Shown here: positions 11,261-23,657 of the stretch, in pieces
Layout of the letters: the number at the start of each line of letters is the position of its first letter
Position numbering within the stretch: position 1 is the stretch's first letter
Program-made: the position numbers and the translations under genes
Assembly: GCF_001194135.2 (NCBI RefSeq)
Contig: NC_068984.1
Coordinates: 49,739,009-49,803,008 of the forward strand
Reading direction: 5' to 3'
DNA from: Octopus bimaculoides
Taxonomy: Eukaryota
DNA length: 64,000 nucleotides
Notes under the pieces: model-generated
What the model saw: only the letters and a program-made list of their open reading frames with translations
Databases searched by the model: none
What the model was told of the DNA's origin: nothing

Positions 11261-11638
11261 TGTTTTTGGCACTCCGTCGCCTACAACGTCGAGGGTTCCA
11301 GTTGATCCGATCAATGGAACAGCCTGCTCGTGGAATTAACGTGCAAGTGGCTGAGCATTCCACAGACACGTGTACCCTTAACGTAGTTCTCGGGGATATT
11401 CAGCGTGACACAGTGTGACAAGGCTGACCCTTTCAATTACAGGCAGTATTCTCATTCTGCGCAGGAAGTAAGAGTGAGAGAAAGTTGTGGTGAAAGAGTA
11501 CAGCAGGGTTCGCCACCATCCTCGTGGAGCTTTAGGTGTTTTCGCTCAATAAACACTCACAACGCCCGGTCTGGGAATCGAAACCGCGATCCTATGACCG
11601 CGAATCTGCTGCCCTAACCACTGGGCCATTGCGCCTCC
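11261..11638 (-). mobile_element. tRNA-derived SINE family A, full length
   Basis: Head GGAGGCGCAATGGCCCAGTGG..GGTTTCGATTCCC (A and B boxes) and tail ..GCGACGGAGTGCCAA(CAA)n; highly similar to 44872-45257. Confidence 0.92.
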
Positions 11639-12095
11639 ACCGTTCCTTCTACTACAATAACAGAAATAAAATATTTCATTTAAATCGAAACAACGTGACA
11701 AAATCGTGCACCAAACTTCTAGTAGCGTTTTGGAAGGTTACTCATAAACTTACTCTTCAGTTGCTTTCTATTAAAGAAACTCTCTCAATGAATAACTCCA
11801 ACTTCTCTTATTTTNNNNNNNNNNNNNNNNNNNNNNNNNNNNNNNNNNNNNNNNNNNNNNNNNNNNNNNNNNNNNNNNNNNNNNNNNNNNNNNNNNNNNN
11901 NNNNNNNNNNNNNNNNNNNNCGTCTACCCTTACTTGACTTTATCATTCAATGAAACAGCAGAAGTCTCTCTCTCTCTCTCACCTTCTGCACGTGTTAGAT
12001 ACCATAAAAACCATTTGAGTTTGTTTATCTTAAAGATTACTTGAAGAAGACTTCTACAAGAAATTTGCGAAAGAAATAGAAAGTGCTTTCGCGTG

Positions 12096-12096
<1 letters not shown>

Positions 12097-12130
<34 letters not shown>

Positions 12131-12350
12131 AGGGGGTGTCATGTGTCGTGTGCTGTGTTCCATGCGAGTGTGTGCCGCGTGATACGGTGTGTGTGTGTGT
12201 GACGTGTGTGTACCGTGTGACACGTATATGCGTGACATGTAAGCGCGTGATCCGTGTGTCGCGTGTGTACCGCGCATCTGTATGTGTGTATGTGTTTGTA
12301 TGCGTGTGTGCATGTGTGTGTTTGTGTTGTGTGTGTATATGCCGTGTGAC
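12097..12350. repeat. Degenerate (TG)n / GT-rich low-complexity tract
   Basis: Pure (TG)n at the start, then interrupted gtgt/cgtg/atgt units. Confidence 0.85.
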
Positions 12351-13024
12351 TAAGACGTTGCCTGGACATATGACAAAGAGAGAAAGATAGAGTACATTGC
12401 AAGAGAAAGAGAGTAAGCTGAATGAGAGTGTACGGTATGTGTATGTGTGCGAGAGAGGGAGGGATTACGTTGTGCGCGTGTGAGAGAGTACGTTGTGTGC
12501 GTGTGTTAAAATAAGATCAGGCAATAAGCTGGGACAGTGAGAAAGAAATATTTCACGGTATTATGGTTCGCTTCCCTTTAATCAGAAAGAGCGGAACACA
12601 GTTAGCAATGTATGTAGTTAGTGAATGGTGCCAGTTTGCATGTTCATGTGTTAGTGTATATATGAGTGCGTGTGCATGCATATAATGTACAAACAGGTGA
12701 AAAATGAAATAAATGGGATTACCGTGAGAAAGATTAAATGTGTAACATTTCTGCCAGTACTTTTCATCGGGTGGCAAAAGTTTCTAAGGGTACTGAATAT
12801 AAACACGGTGACAGATATATCAGAAAATTCTTTTTGTTTTTGTTTTTGTACACTTGGTATTGCCGCCCAAACCTCACAACAAACGAATTGATTACACATG
12901 TTTCATTGATTATACTCATTGGTCGCCGGCACATTACTAGTTCTCTAATATCTTATACATTACTTAAAATATATTTTTTCCAATTTGTATTCGCGTTCGT
13001 AGCCTTCTTTCTCGTTCTTTATAG

Positions 13025-13404
13025 GTTGTTGTTGTTGGCACTCCGTCACTTATGACGTCGAGGGTTCCGGTTGACCCGATCAACGGAACAGCCTACTCGT
13101 GAAATTAACGTGCAAGTGGCTGAGCACTCCACAGACACGTGTACCCTTAACATAGTTCTCGAGGGTATTCAGCGTGACACAGTATGACAAGGCTGACCCT
13201 TTGAATTACAGGCACAACAGAAACAGGAAGTAAGAGTGAGAGAAAGTTGTGGTGAAAGAGTACAGCAGGGTTCGCCACCATCCCCTGTAGGAGCCTCGTG
13301 GAGCTTTAGGTGTTTTCGCTCAATAAACGCTCACAAAGCCCGGTCTGGGAATCGAAACCGCGATCCTATGACCGCGAGTCCGCTGCCCTAACCACTGGGC
13401 CTCC
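13025..13404 (-). mobile_element. SINE family A, full length
   Basis: Starts gttgttgttgttggcactccgtcac and ends ctaaccactgggcctcc (small deletion in the head). Confidence 0.92.
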
Positions 13405-13937
13405 ACTTCTTTATAGGTAATATTAGGATAAAAATAACATTTACGATTAACACACGCGCACAAAGGCTGTCCTTCAGCATACCCATAGCCGAGTTTACTT
13501 AAACTAAGAAAATAAAAAAAATAAACTTTTAACGATATTTTTGTCATTGCGATATCAAAATAACCATATATCACGCAAACTTATTGCTTTCTTTTCAAAA
13601 CGATCCGCAAATGAATTTGTAAGCTTATTGGCTTTTCATATTAATTATTTTAATAAATTCAGTAACTCTCTGTAATATCATTTACATGACAACCTCATTA
13701 TTAGAGGCAATATGAATTTCTAACTGATACTTTCAGGATGCAACAAATACAATAATGATATACACCTAAATATTGCTGTTAATATCTAAGCAAAACAATT
13801 ATATAAATATTTATTATGCAAAAATATATTAAAGTACATATATATTGTATAAACAAATAACAAATGCAAATAATTGCCCTCATCTTCTGCTGGTTAATAC
13901 CCCCTTTCTTTTTTGCTTTTTTATATTTGAATGTTGT

Positions 13938-14310
13938 GGAGGCACAATGGCCTAGTGGTTAGGGCAGCGGACTCACGGTCATAGGATCGCGGTTTCGATT
14001 CCCAGACCGGGCATAGTGAGTGTTTATTGAGCGAAAACACCTTAAAGCTCCACGAAGCTCCGGCCGGGGATGGTGGTGAACCCTGCTGTACTCTTTCACC
14101 ACAACTTTCTCTCACTCTTACTTCCTGTTTCTGTTGTACCTGTATTCCAAAGTGTCAGCCTTGTCACACTGAATATCCCCGAGAACTACGTTAAAGGTAC
14201 ACGTGTCTGTGGAGTGCTCAGCCACTTGCACGCTAATTTCACGAGCAGGCTGTTCCGTTGATCGGATCAACTGGAACCGTCGACGTTGTAAGCGATGGAG
14301 TGCCAACAAC
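13938..14310 (+). mobile_element. SINE family A, full length, with 13-bp target-site duplication
   Basis: TSD atttgaatgttgt at 13925-13937 and 14311-14323; A/B-box head and caacaac tail. Confidence 0.95.
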
Positions 14311-14354
14311 ATTTGAATGTTGTAATTTAAAATGTTCAAATTGTTCTTCATTTG

Positions 14355-14510
14355 AACACGAGACCAGCAATTTTGAGGGGAGGGGTGAGCCGATGCCATT
14401 TACCCTAGTACTTAGATCGGTACATATTTTACCAATCCTGGAGGAATGAAAAGCAAAGTTAAGTTTGGTGGAGTTTGAACATACAACCTGATGAACAGCA
14501 GCAATACGTA
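14355..14510 (-). mobile_element. Diverged SINE family B
   Basis: aattttgaggggagggg..ctagtact..ggaatgaaaagcaaagtt..tttgaac resembles the reverse complement of family B. Confidence 0.55.
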
Positions 14511-14614
14511 TCCCCTACTTCTCGAATGATTTTGACTGTTCACCTTAAGCAAGAAAGCAAACTGCATACATACATACATTATATGGTGTGTGTATATGTG
14601 TGTGCGCGCGCACA

Positions 14615-15539
14615 TTTTCTTTTTCACTAGTTTCACTCGAGAGCTGTGACCATGCTACACTTTGCTACACTAGAGACCACCTCTGATATGTGGCATTTGG
14701 TGAATGAGAAAGTTTGATGTTGCTGCCTGCATTTGCGCTTCTTGCCGCAATATAGGCTCATCCGGAATTCTTGACAGGAGATCCAGTTTTGCTTCGATCA
14801 TACCTACATCTACCCCACGTAGGTCTCTCAAGCTCCTTGGGAGGATATTGAAGGGCTGTGGGCTCTTGGAACCCAAACGGTTGCAGTATCTGGTCCTGTT
14901 TCCCGATGGCAATGTTGGAACATTTGGCACTATACAGTGGCGCCCGTTCTGTTGTTAATGCAACATTCAATGCCAAAGTTTCTTACAGGTCCTTCTACGA
15001 TTTTCTAGGTGTATATCACTGCCTATCTTTACCGCCTTCGTTCTAAAGAGTAGAGTTAACTTTTTCAGCCTCTCCTAATAGCTGATATGTCGCATTGTGA
15101 CGATCTTTCTAAAGCTTCGTTTGATTGCTTCGAGTTCCACCGTTAATTTTACACTGTATGGTAACCATAGCTGGTAGTCTAAACGGCTGAGGACAAATGT
15201 CCTCCAGACGACCATAATGGTTCCTTGTTCTCAAGTTCTGAAAGTTCTAAGGATCCAGCCCACCAGCTGCCTGCATTTTCTCGCCAACTCAGTAATATGC
15301 ACCTGGAAAGATGCATCATTACTCATACCATTGCCTAGGTCGAGCACTGATTTTGACTCAGGGATTGAAATCCCTCCAGAATAAGTTTATCATCTGAATT
15401 TTATTCAGTTTCCTGTGCTGGTAGCGCAGGAATTGGAAATTTCAAGCATTAAGCTGCACGTTATTGTCATCAGCGCACCTGTGCATTGCGTCCATCTCCT
15501 GTTGCAGGTGCGCAACATTTCCAGAATTCTGTATCCTCT

Positions 15540-15541
<2 letters not shown>
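14615..15541 (-). mobile_element. 5'-truncated CR1/L2-group LINE (RT C-terminal half plus 3' tail), degenerate
   Basis: Minus-strand translations QRIQNSGNVAHLQQEMDAMHRCADDNNVQLNA, SVLDLGNGMSNDASFQVHITELARKCRQLVGWILRTFRT*..VWRTFVLSRLDY.QLW and SPQPFNILPRSLRDLRG..AKLDLLSRIPDEP are typical CR1-clade RT thumb and C-terminal motifs. Confidence 0.88.
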
Positions 15542-15583
<42 letters not shown>

Positions 15584-15634
15584 TGTGTTAAGCAGTGATG
15601 TCTAAAAATACACACCTGTTGCCAGTTCAAATAT

Positions 15635-15910
15635 GCATATTCGAACTCGTAAGACGGTCAAAATCAATCACTATATTTTGTCATGGAGAAAATTTCTCAA
15701 CACACCAAATTAATTCGCAGCGCCTTCTAACCATGCTATAGAATACATGCATTTCGGAGTGGTTATCTCTTCTTCAGTACTAAAGACCGGAAAGGTAGAC
15801 GCTGCGAACTGAAAAGCACAGATTTAGTGTGTTTACAGCTGTCTGTCTACAACGAGAAATTTTCTCCAAGATAAAATACAGTGAATTGCTCTTCTACGGG
15901 TACGCATATG
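15635..15910. mobile_element. MITE-like element with ~65-bp imperfect terminal inverted repeats, superfamily unassigned
   Basis: Left caatcactatattttgtcatggagaaaatttctc versus right gagaaattttctccaagataaaatacagtgaattg (reverse complement); termini gcatattcgaactcgta and tacgggtacgcatatgc. Confidence 0.6.
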
Positions 15911-17605
15911 CCTCAAGAATACTTGAACTGGTTTGTTTGTATTTGTCAAAAGGTAATATTTATGGCCACATCATAAAAATTTTATAAGCCCAATCAATAT
16001 TTGCATGCTATAATTTATAGCTTTATGTGAGCCCTGAGAGCCATTATTAAAAAACCAAAGTATTTCATGTTCTCGAGAAAGTTTATACAATTTTCATGAC
16101 GTCTACAGCATACATTATATATACACACACATACAGAGAGAGAGAGAGAGAGAGAGAGAGGGAAAGAAGGGAGAGAGAGAGAAACGATTTATGACTGTAT
16201 CATCTTAAATTTAGAACCCATGCAAATATTACTTATTTAGGCATGCAAATTAAAGGTACCTATGCATTAGTTTCAAACCATCCGTCAGTTATAAATAATT
16301 TGGAGAAAATGTTAATATTTATCCTCGATCAAATAAGCGGTTTTCTGGTCTTTTAACGGCAACTGTGAATANNNNNNNNNNNNNNNNNNNNNNNNNNNNN
16401 NNNNNNNNNNNNNNNNNNNNNNNNNNNNNNNNNNNNNNNNNNNNNNNNNNNNNNNNNNNNNNNNNNNNNNNNNNNNNNNNNNNNNNNNNNNNNNNNNNNN
16501 NNNNNNNNNNNNNNNNNNNNNNNNNNNNNNNNNNNNNNNNNNNNNNNNNNNNNNNNNNNNNNNNNNNNNNNNNNNNNNNNNNNNNNNNNNNNNNNNNNNN
16601 NNNNNNNNNNNNNNNNNNNNNNNNNNNNNNNNNNNNNNNNNNNNNNNNNNNNNNNNNNNNNNNNNNNNNNNNNNNNNNNNNNNNNNNNNNNNNNNNNNNN
16701 NNNNNNNNNNNNNNNNNNNNNNNNNNNNNNNNNNNNNNNNNNNNNNNNNNNNNNNNNNNNNNNNNNNNNNNNNNNNNNNNNNNNNNNNNNNNNNNNNNNN
16801 NNNNNNNNNNNNNNNNNNNNNNNNNNNNNNNNNNNNNNNNNNNNNNNNNNNNNNNNNNNNNNNNNNNNNNNNNNNNNNNNNNNNNNNNNNNNNNNNNNNN
16901 NNNNNNNNNNNNNNNNNNNNNNNNNNNNNNNNNNNNNNNNNNNNNNNNNNNNNNNNNNNNNNNNNNNNNNNNNNNNNNNNNNNNATTAAAAATAAAACGA
17001 AGGAAAACGAACACACGTGTGTTGCCTCTCTGCAAAATGTCAGAAGTAATGGAGATTAAATACGCTTTACACCGCTTAAACTGCCAAAGGAGTAACTGTA
17101 AACAGCTGAATACTTGTCAGTGATTGGTTGAAATTATCGAAATAAGACAATCTTTTACATGAAATAACTTCGAATACAAATTTTTTTTTCTGTTCTATAA
17201 CACAAAATAGATAAGTATACGAAGTTTTAAAGTCTTTCGGTACCAAAAACACTACATAAAACATAAATGAAAACTGGTGCCCCCGTTTTGAACTAGATCC
17301 TAAATGTTTTTCGTAATATCTTGAAGTGAAATCGCTCTTCCATGATGAGATTGCTTCAATACACTCTTACGCGAAATTACCTGCCAAGCAATACGACTTC
17401 AAAATACATGTGTGTGTTCGTATGTGTATAACTAATTAGTTGGCTGATTATTATTTATCAGTTGAATGAATAAAGTGAAATATTTCATATAACATACACA
17501 TACTTGAATTCCTTTTAGTATATTCTTTTTTTTTTACTTTTAAGATATAAGACATACATCAAGGTTTCAATAGAAGAAACCAAGTTAATGTTAGTATATT
17601 TAATT

Positions 17606-17964
17606 TGTTGTTGTTGGCACTCCGTCGCTTACGACGTCGAGGGTTCCAGTTGATCCGATCAACGGAACAGCCTGCTAGTGAAATTAACGTGTAAGTGGCT
17701 GAGCACTCCACAGACACGTGTACCCTTAACGTAGTTCTTGGGGATATTCAGCGTGACACAGTGTGACAGGGCTGACCCTTTGACTTACAGGCACAACAGA
17801 AACAGAAAGTAAGAGTAAGTTGTGATGAAAGAGTACAGCAGGGTTCGCCACCATCCCCTGCCGGAGCCTCGTGGAGCTTTAGGTGTTTTTCACTCAATAA
17901 ACACTCACAACGCCCGGTCTGGAAATCGAAACCGCGATCCTAACCACTGGGCCATTGCGCCTCC
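17606..17964 (-). mobile_element. SINE family A, near full length, with 12-bp TSD
   Basis: TSD agtatatttaat on both sides; internal deletion in the tRNA-like head. Confidence 0.92.
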
Positions 17965-19451
17965 ACAGTATATTTAATATAGTTGACATTAAATATCCAG
18001 TTATTAATACTAATGTCATGTTTGCCAAAATGATAAAATATCGGTCTTTGAGCTAGTTTTTTCTCATTAGCTATCTTAAAATTCATTACGTTAAATATAT
18101 TAGCACTAAAATTATAATTGTTTTCTAATTTGCTTCTTTCATGTTCCCTACATTAAACATGTTAATACTAACGTAACTAAATGTTTAATAGTTTTATTTC
18201 TCTCCACATTCTATTGGGGAACTTTTTAAATAGTACCGGCTCGAACGGGGTTATTTTGGTGCTAAACAAACAAGATATCGGTAGTTTGTGACCTTTCTGT
18301 GTCATAGTGAGAAATGTGAACAAACACATACATATACAAAATATGTTTAAAACTAAATACCAGCTATGAACTAAATTATATTTGCAATTTAAAAATATAT
18401 CTCAATTACTGTATTTAGATGTGTATTCAACTCTTTGATATTGATCATATCAATATTAATACATTTTACCACGAAATGTTACATTGCGTGATATCATATT
18501 TCGTGATTTGATGTCATAAACTATATATGACTAACATTATTAGTCTATTGATTAGATATCGTCACGGGCAATTATTCATGCGTCATATATAGTATTAAGA
18601 ATTTGGGCTAAGCAGTAAATAGAGCACGATTTTAACTCTTGGGATTAATTACCATTTTTGTTTCATGAATTCACATAGTTTGTAAGACTAACTCAGTGTC
18701 AATCAGTTCTGTTCAAATATATCTGTAATTAAAAGCGCTTCAGTCTTCATAATATTTCCTTATCTTTCTTTCTTTCTTTCTAGAAAGCTCGGGTGTATTT
18801 CACAAAAGATTTGAAAGCTATTTCTTTGGAATTGAGCGACCGGGTATAGGTTTCATTATACTTAAGGTACAACTACAAGCAAAACATTTAGACTTGTGCT
18901 GTGTGTTAAAGAAAAAGATTTTGTTGCATTCCAGTCTATCAAATACAATATTAATGTTTAAACAAAGATGAAAAGAAGGGATGAAAAAGGGGTGGGGTTA
19001 TGATGAATATGTTACTATAAATGCAAATATCAAATGATAGCCATTGATGCGATTAGAAGGTGCATGTCGCTAAGCTTTTATATCTATGTTGAGATTTTAT
19101 AAAAAGGCAATCGCTATCATCTATTTCGTGTCTATGATATTCAATTTAATTTACATACGCGGTGCGGCTTAAATCACAAATAGCACATTATAACTTCGAA
19201 GCAATACACTGATAATACATTAGCAAATTATATGCCTTTTAAGGACATCTTAAACGATGGACAAGATTTTGGTTGACGGTTTTTGATACTGTCACAGTTC
19301 AGGCGAAGGAATAATTGCGAAAAACACTTAAAACGGCAGCTATAGTTACGATAAAAGAAATAGCCAGGTGACTAAGTTGTGTGTGTGTGTGTGCGTGTGT
19401 GTGTGTGTGTGTGTGATGGATGAGGCATGAAGGGCGATGCAACGTTTAGAT

Positions 19452-19598
19452 CAGGGGCCTCCAAACTTTTTAGACTATCGACCCCTCATCAACTCCCAGG
19501 TATGTACTTAATTATAATTAAGTAGCTGTGCACTTATCGACCCCTTGAATAGTTCCATCACCCACAGGTGTCGATATCGACCACTTTGGAGATCCCTG
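19452..19598. mobile_element. hAT-superfamily MITE (147 bp)
   Basis: TIRs CAGGGGCCTCCAAACT and ACTTTGGAGATCCCTG; exact 8-bp TSD gtttagat at 19444-19451 and 19599-19606. Confidence 0.9.
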
Positions 19599-19679
19599 GT
19601 TTAGATAGTCAGCAACTGGAATCTATTATTTTTTTCTCCATAGCAATGAACTTCAACAAAAATTATTAAATGTCCGGAA

Positions 19680-19770
19680 AATTCGTACCACTGGGGTGGA
19701 TATAATCGATTAGTTCCCTCCCCACAAATTTCAGGCCTTGTACTTATAGTAGAAATGATTATTATTATTA
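19680..19770 (+). mobile_element. SINE family B 3' half
   Basis: gtaccactggggtggatataatcgatt..caaatttcaggccttgtacttatagtagaaatgattatt. Confidence 0.7.
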
Positions 19771-20941
19771 TTATTTGGGATGGAGGGGCTGACGTCATCA
19801 AGCAAATTTTAGGGAGATTGGGTTATTGTAGCGAAATTAGCATGGCCCAATTTGGTCAACTAACTTGGCATCTACAGACTATCATTAAGAACTGGTAGCA
19901 GGTACACTATTTTTTTTATCTATTAAGAGGGAAAGTAAACGCCAATGACCCTTTACAGGGCCTCCTAAGGTGTTGGGAAGGAAGGCAAAAATTATTCTGA
20001 AATTGATAACCTGGCCCGAATGAATGTATCAGTGGGTACTTCTCTTAAGTCACCTGAGGTGCTAGGCATCAAATTAAGTTTACTGCCCAAGTTGAACATG
20101 GTGGAATTCGAACTCAGAATGCAAAGTACCGAACAAATATTGCAAGGCATCTAATCCGATGTCCTTACATTTGTAGCAGTCTATTGCTCCGGGTTTGTTA
20201 TTTATTTCATTGAGCCCACCAAAATATAGAAGATAAAAGTTGATCTCAGCGGATTTTGAAACCACTGCGAAGAGTCGGAAATCGCCTTTGGTGTGCGTCA
20301 TGAGTATTCAAGAGTTGTATGTGGGGTTCCCCACATTTTGAAAATCATACATAAGCGCGCACGTACACGCACACTGTATGTAAAGGACGATTTTCAAACT
20401 GTTTATGTATGAATGTATGCATGAAAGAGCGCGCAGAAATGCAGAAATTTAATTTGGAAATTTATATGGATCGCAGTGGTGTAACTAATTGAAGAACGGT
20501 GTTCTTTTATCATGTTTTGATAGTCATTTGGGAGCAATTTCATTTAATGCTTGTGGTTAATAACTTTAGAGATAACATGAATATCGCATTACAACTTTCT
20601 ACATAGATACCTCTATATATCTACAACTTCATTACTGTCAGAATTCATGTGATCAATTAGAAGTGGTTTATTGTATCACATGAGTATACAGTGCAGCAAA
20701 TAAATTGCTGATGTTGGAGCACAAGAGGATATTGTGGTGCTAAAAGCTACAAAACTGATCGGTTTAGGGAGTCGAGCTCCTGTTGTGGTAGACTGGTTCG
20801 GTGACCTTAAAAGCATATTAAAACTACATCTCAAAAGACTATGCCTCCGAAGAAAATATTTCAGCTTTAATTAATTATTGAAACTAAAGAGCCCAAGTTA
20901 GACAGATTAATGTTCATATATTTAGGTCATGCTGATGCTAT

Positions 20942-21004
20942 TACACACACACACGCACGCACGCACGCGCACGCACGCACGCACGCACGCACACACGCAC
21001 ACAC
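20942..21004. repeat. (CA)n/(CACG)n alternating purine-pyrimidine microsatellite
   Basis: Direct reading acacacacacacgcacgcacgcacgcgcacgcacg... Confidence 0.95.
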
Positions 21005-22277
21005 TATTCTCAAGACAGTTGTGCAACTGATTACTAAGCTCTCACCAACAAAGAGCAGCCTTCTGGATCACAGAAGCAAAGTTTCGTCTCTGGCGTTATA
21101 CAGCAAGTGCAGTCGTTCTTGCTTCCTTGAAGTATCTAGCAGCTTAGACCACTATATAAGTTTCTACTCGTCACTCCAACAACATCTTATCTTTCCTTCA
21201 TAGCCCGCACTAAACGCTTTTCTCCAAATATTTCTCTGCAGAATTGCAGCACTCTAAAAGACTTTCGCACTCCAGAGGTTTCTCCTGTAGCCGTCGATTT
21301 AACAGAAGTTCAAATTGAACATCGATCACATTGATCTTATCGAATCGATGAGGACTGTATAGCGTCATGGGTAAAATTCCTGAGAAAGTAAACTCAGTAA
21401 AGAACAAATGATTGGACTGAGTACTTAATGAATAAATATTCTTTTACACAGAGACACACGCGCGATTAATACATCTTCAATAAATGCAGCAGGCACGTCA
21501 TTTATAAATACTCCGGGTAGCTGGTAGGTAGTCAACAGGAATATAGTAAAATTGAAAACAAAAATCATTAAGACAATATGCGAAAATTATTTTGGAAAAA
21601 AAATCTTACGCACCCATCCACATACAAACTACGGGAACAAATTGACGCTAAATGAGTTGTTCTTCAGTTTACGCATCAAGGAAGCATCTAACGTTATTAT
21701 AGAGTACATATACTTGTTCATATATGCACGCACACACATACATATTAGTATTTATAATGAAAATATTAGCTCAATCATTAGTGAAAACCACACTCGCAAT
21801 GTAACACAGACACGCTTCTCACATTGTAAAGACACTGAATGAAAAGGCAGAATTATTTTTGTCTTTATTTCCATTAAATTTAATGTATTAAACAGCTGAA
21901 TATAGGATTAATAATTTGCGCTTCATATAAACATTGGGTTTGAAAAGCACAGGAAATTATGTCTGTCTAACACCAAATTAGTAACCATTTACTGAATTAT
22001 ATACGCTTAATTTCATGCATTAAATTGACATTTTATAATGATTTTAAAATTTAGTTTCTATGTATTTAATAATTAATATTAGGTTTATTCTGAGCGAGTA
22101 TAGTGTATCTATTCAGATAAGTGGTACATCTCCCACACACATGTATGGATATTTAAGACTATAAACGCTAGGATAATGAACTCTGTCTGTGAAAAATGCC
22201 TGTGAAAAAATAGTAAATAAAAGAATCATGCTTTTGGAAAAAGTAGACGAATGAGTGACTAAACTAGACGTGATGGT

Positions 22278-22425
22278 CAGGGCCGGCTTTAGGGTTGCTG
22301 ACACCCCGGGAAAGCTGAACTTCGGCGTATACATGCTGACGGTCTTGAAAGTTTCCTTGTCATTGTCATGTCCTCCTTGGCGCTCCGAACGACTGCCTGA
22401 ATTGCCGGTACCTTGAACCGGCCTG
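22278..22425. mobile_element. hAT-superfamily MITE (148 bp)
   Basis: TIRs CAGGGCCGGCTTTA and TGAACCGGCCTG; exact 8-bp TSD gtgatggt at 22270-22277 and 22426-22433. Confidence 0.88.
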
Positions 22426-22446
22426 GTGATGGTGGTGATTTCGGCG

Positions 22447-22478
<32 letters not shown>

Positions 22479-23657
22479 NNNNNNNNNNNNNNNNNNNNNN
22501 NNNNNNNNNNNNNNNNNNNNNNNNNNNNNNNNNNNNNNNNNNNNNNNNNNNNNNNNNNNNNNNNNNNNNNNNNNNNNNNNNNNNNNNNNNNNNNNNNNNN
22601 NNNNNNNNNNNNNNNNNNNNNNNNNNNNNNNNNNNNNNNNNNNNNNNNNNNNNNNNNNNNNNNNNNNNNNNNNNNNNNNNNNNNNNNNNNNNNNNNNNNN
22701 NNNNNNNNNNNNNNNNNNNNNNNNNNNNNNNNNNNNNNNNNNNNNNNNNNNNNNNNNNNNNNNNNNNNNNNNNNNNNNNNNNNNNNNNNNNNNNNNNNNN
22801 NNNNNNNNNNNNNNNNNNNNNNNNNNNNNNNNNNNNNNNNNNNNNNNNNNNNNNNNNNNNNNNNNNNNNNNNNNNNNNNNNNNNNNNNNNNNNNNNNNNN
22901 NNNNNNNNNNNNNNNNNNNNNNNNNNNNNNNNNNNNNNNNNNNNNNNNNNNNNNNNNNNNNNNNNNNNNNNNNNNNNNNNNNNNNNNNNNNNNNNNNNNN
23001 NNNNNNNNNNNNNNNNNNNNNNNNNNNNNNNNNNNNNNNNNNNNNNNNNNNNNNNNNNNNNNNNNNNNNNNNNNNNNNNNNNNNNNNNNNNNNNNNNNNN
23101 NNNNNNNNNNNNNNATACATTTACATCATTGAATCTAATATTCCTCTAATTATTAGACTTTATAGTGTGACTGTCCCTACCTCTTCTACACCTCATCATG
23201 CTCATGGCCAAATCAGTGAATGATTGCTGAAAGCTATGCTGAAAGCAGATTGGGATCAGGCAATACTTCACCGAGAGTAGATTATTCCTGTCTGAAGTAT
23301 CGTCCGATACTTCAGACTTATCGTCCGATGAATTTACATTGTTGACATTCTTCACCGACAGAATTTTTTTTTATACCTTTCAACCTTTCAATCAAATCCG
23401 CCTTTCTTCCAGTAACATACTGTCCATATAATCTTAAATATTTCTTTTACTCAGGTACAGTAAGTACTTCGATAGCTGAATCCTCAAGCTGCTTTATATC
23501 CATGATAACACGTAAAGTAATAACAATAGCGTGGATAGTCTGCGGAAGTTTATTTGTCTACATGTAGCGCCGCATAGCCAAGGGAGATAACCTACTGATA
23601 GGAAATCCCTATAGTGAGTCAAGGAAAGTTACAATGAAGTATTTAACTTAATGTATT

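Noticed and set aside
11930-12402. His/Thr- or Cys/Val-rich ORFs (also near 30.2-30.9 kb, 34.3 kb and 47.4 kb)
   Set aside because: They are translations of (CA)n, (TG)n, (AT)n or trinucleotide repeats with no domain signal.
21040-21420. Possible ancient LINE fragment
   Set aside because: Resemblance to RT C-terminal motifs is too weak to support by eye.
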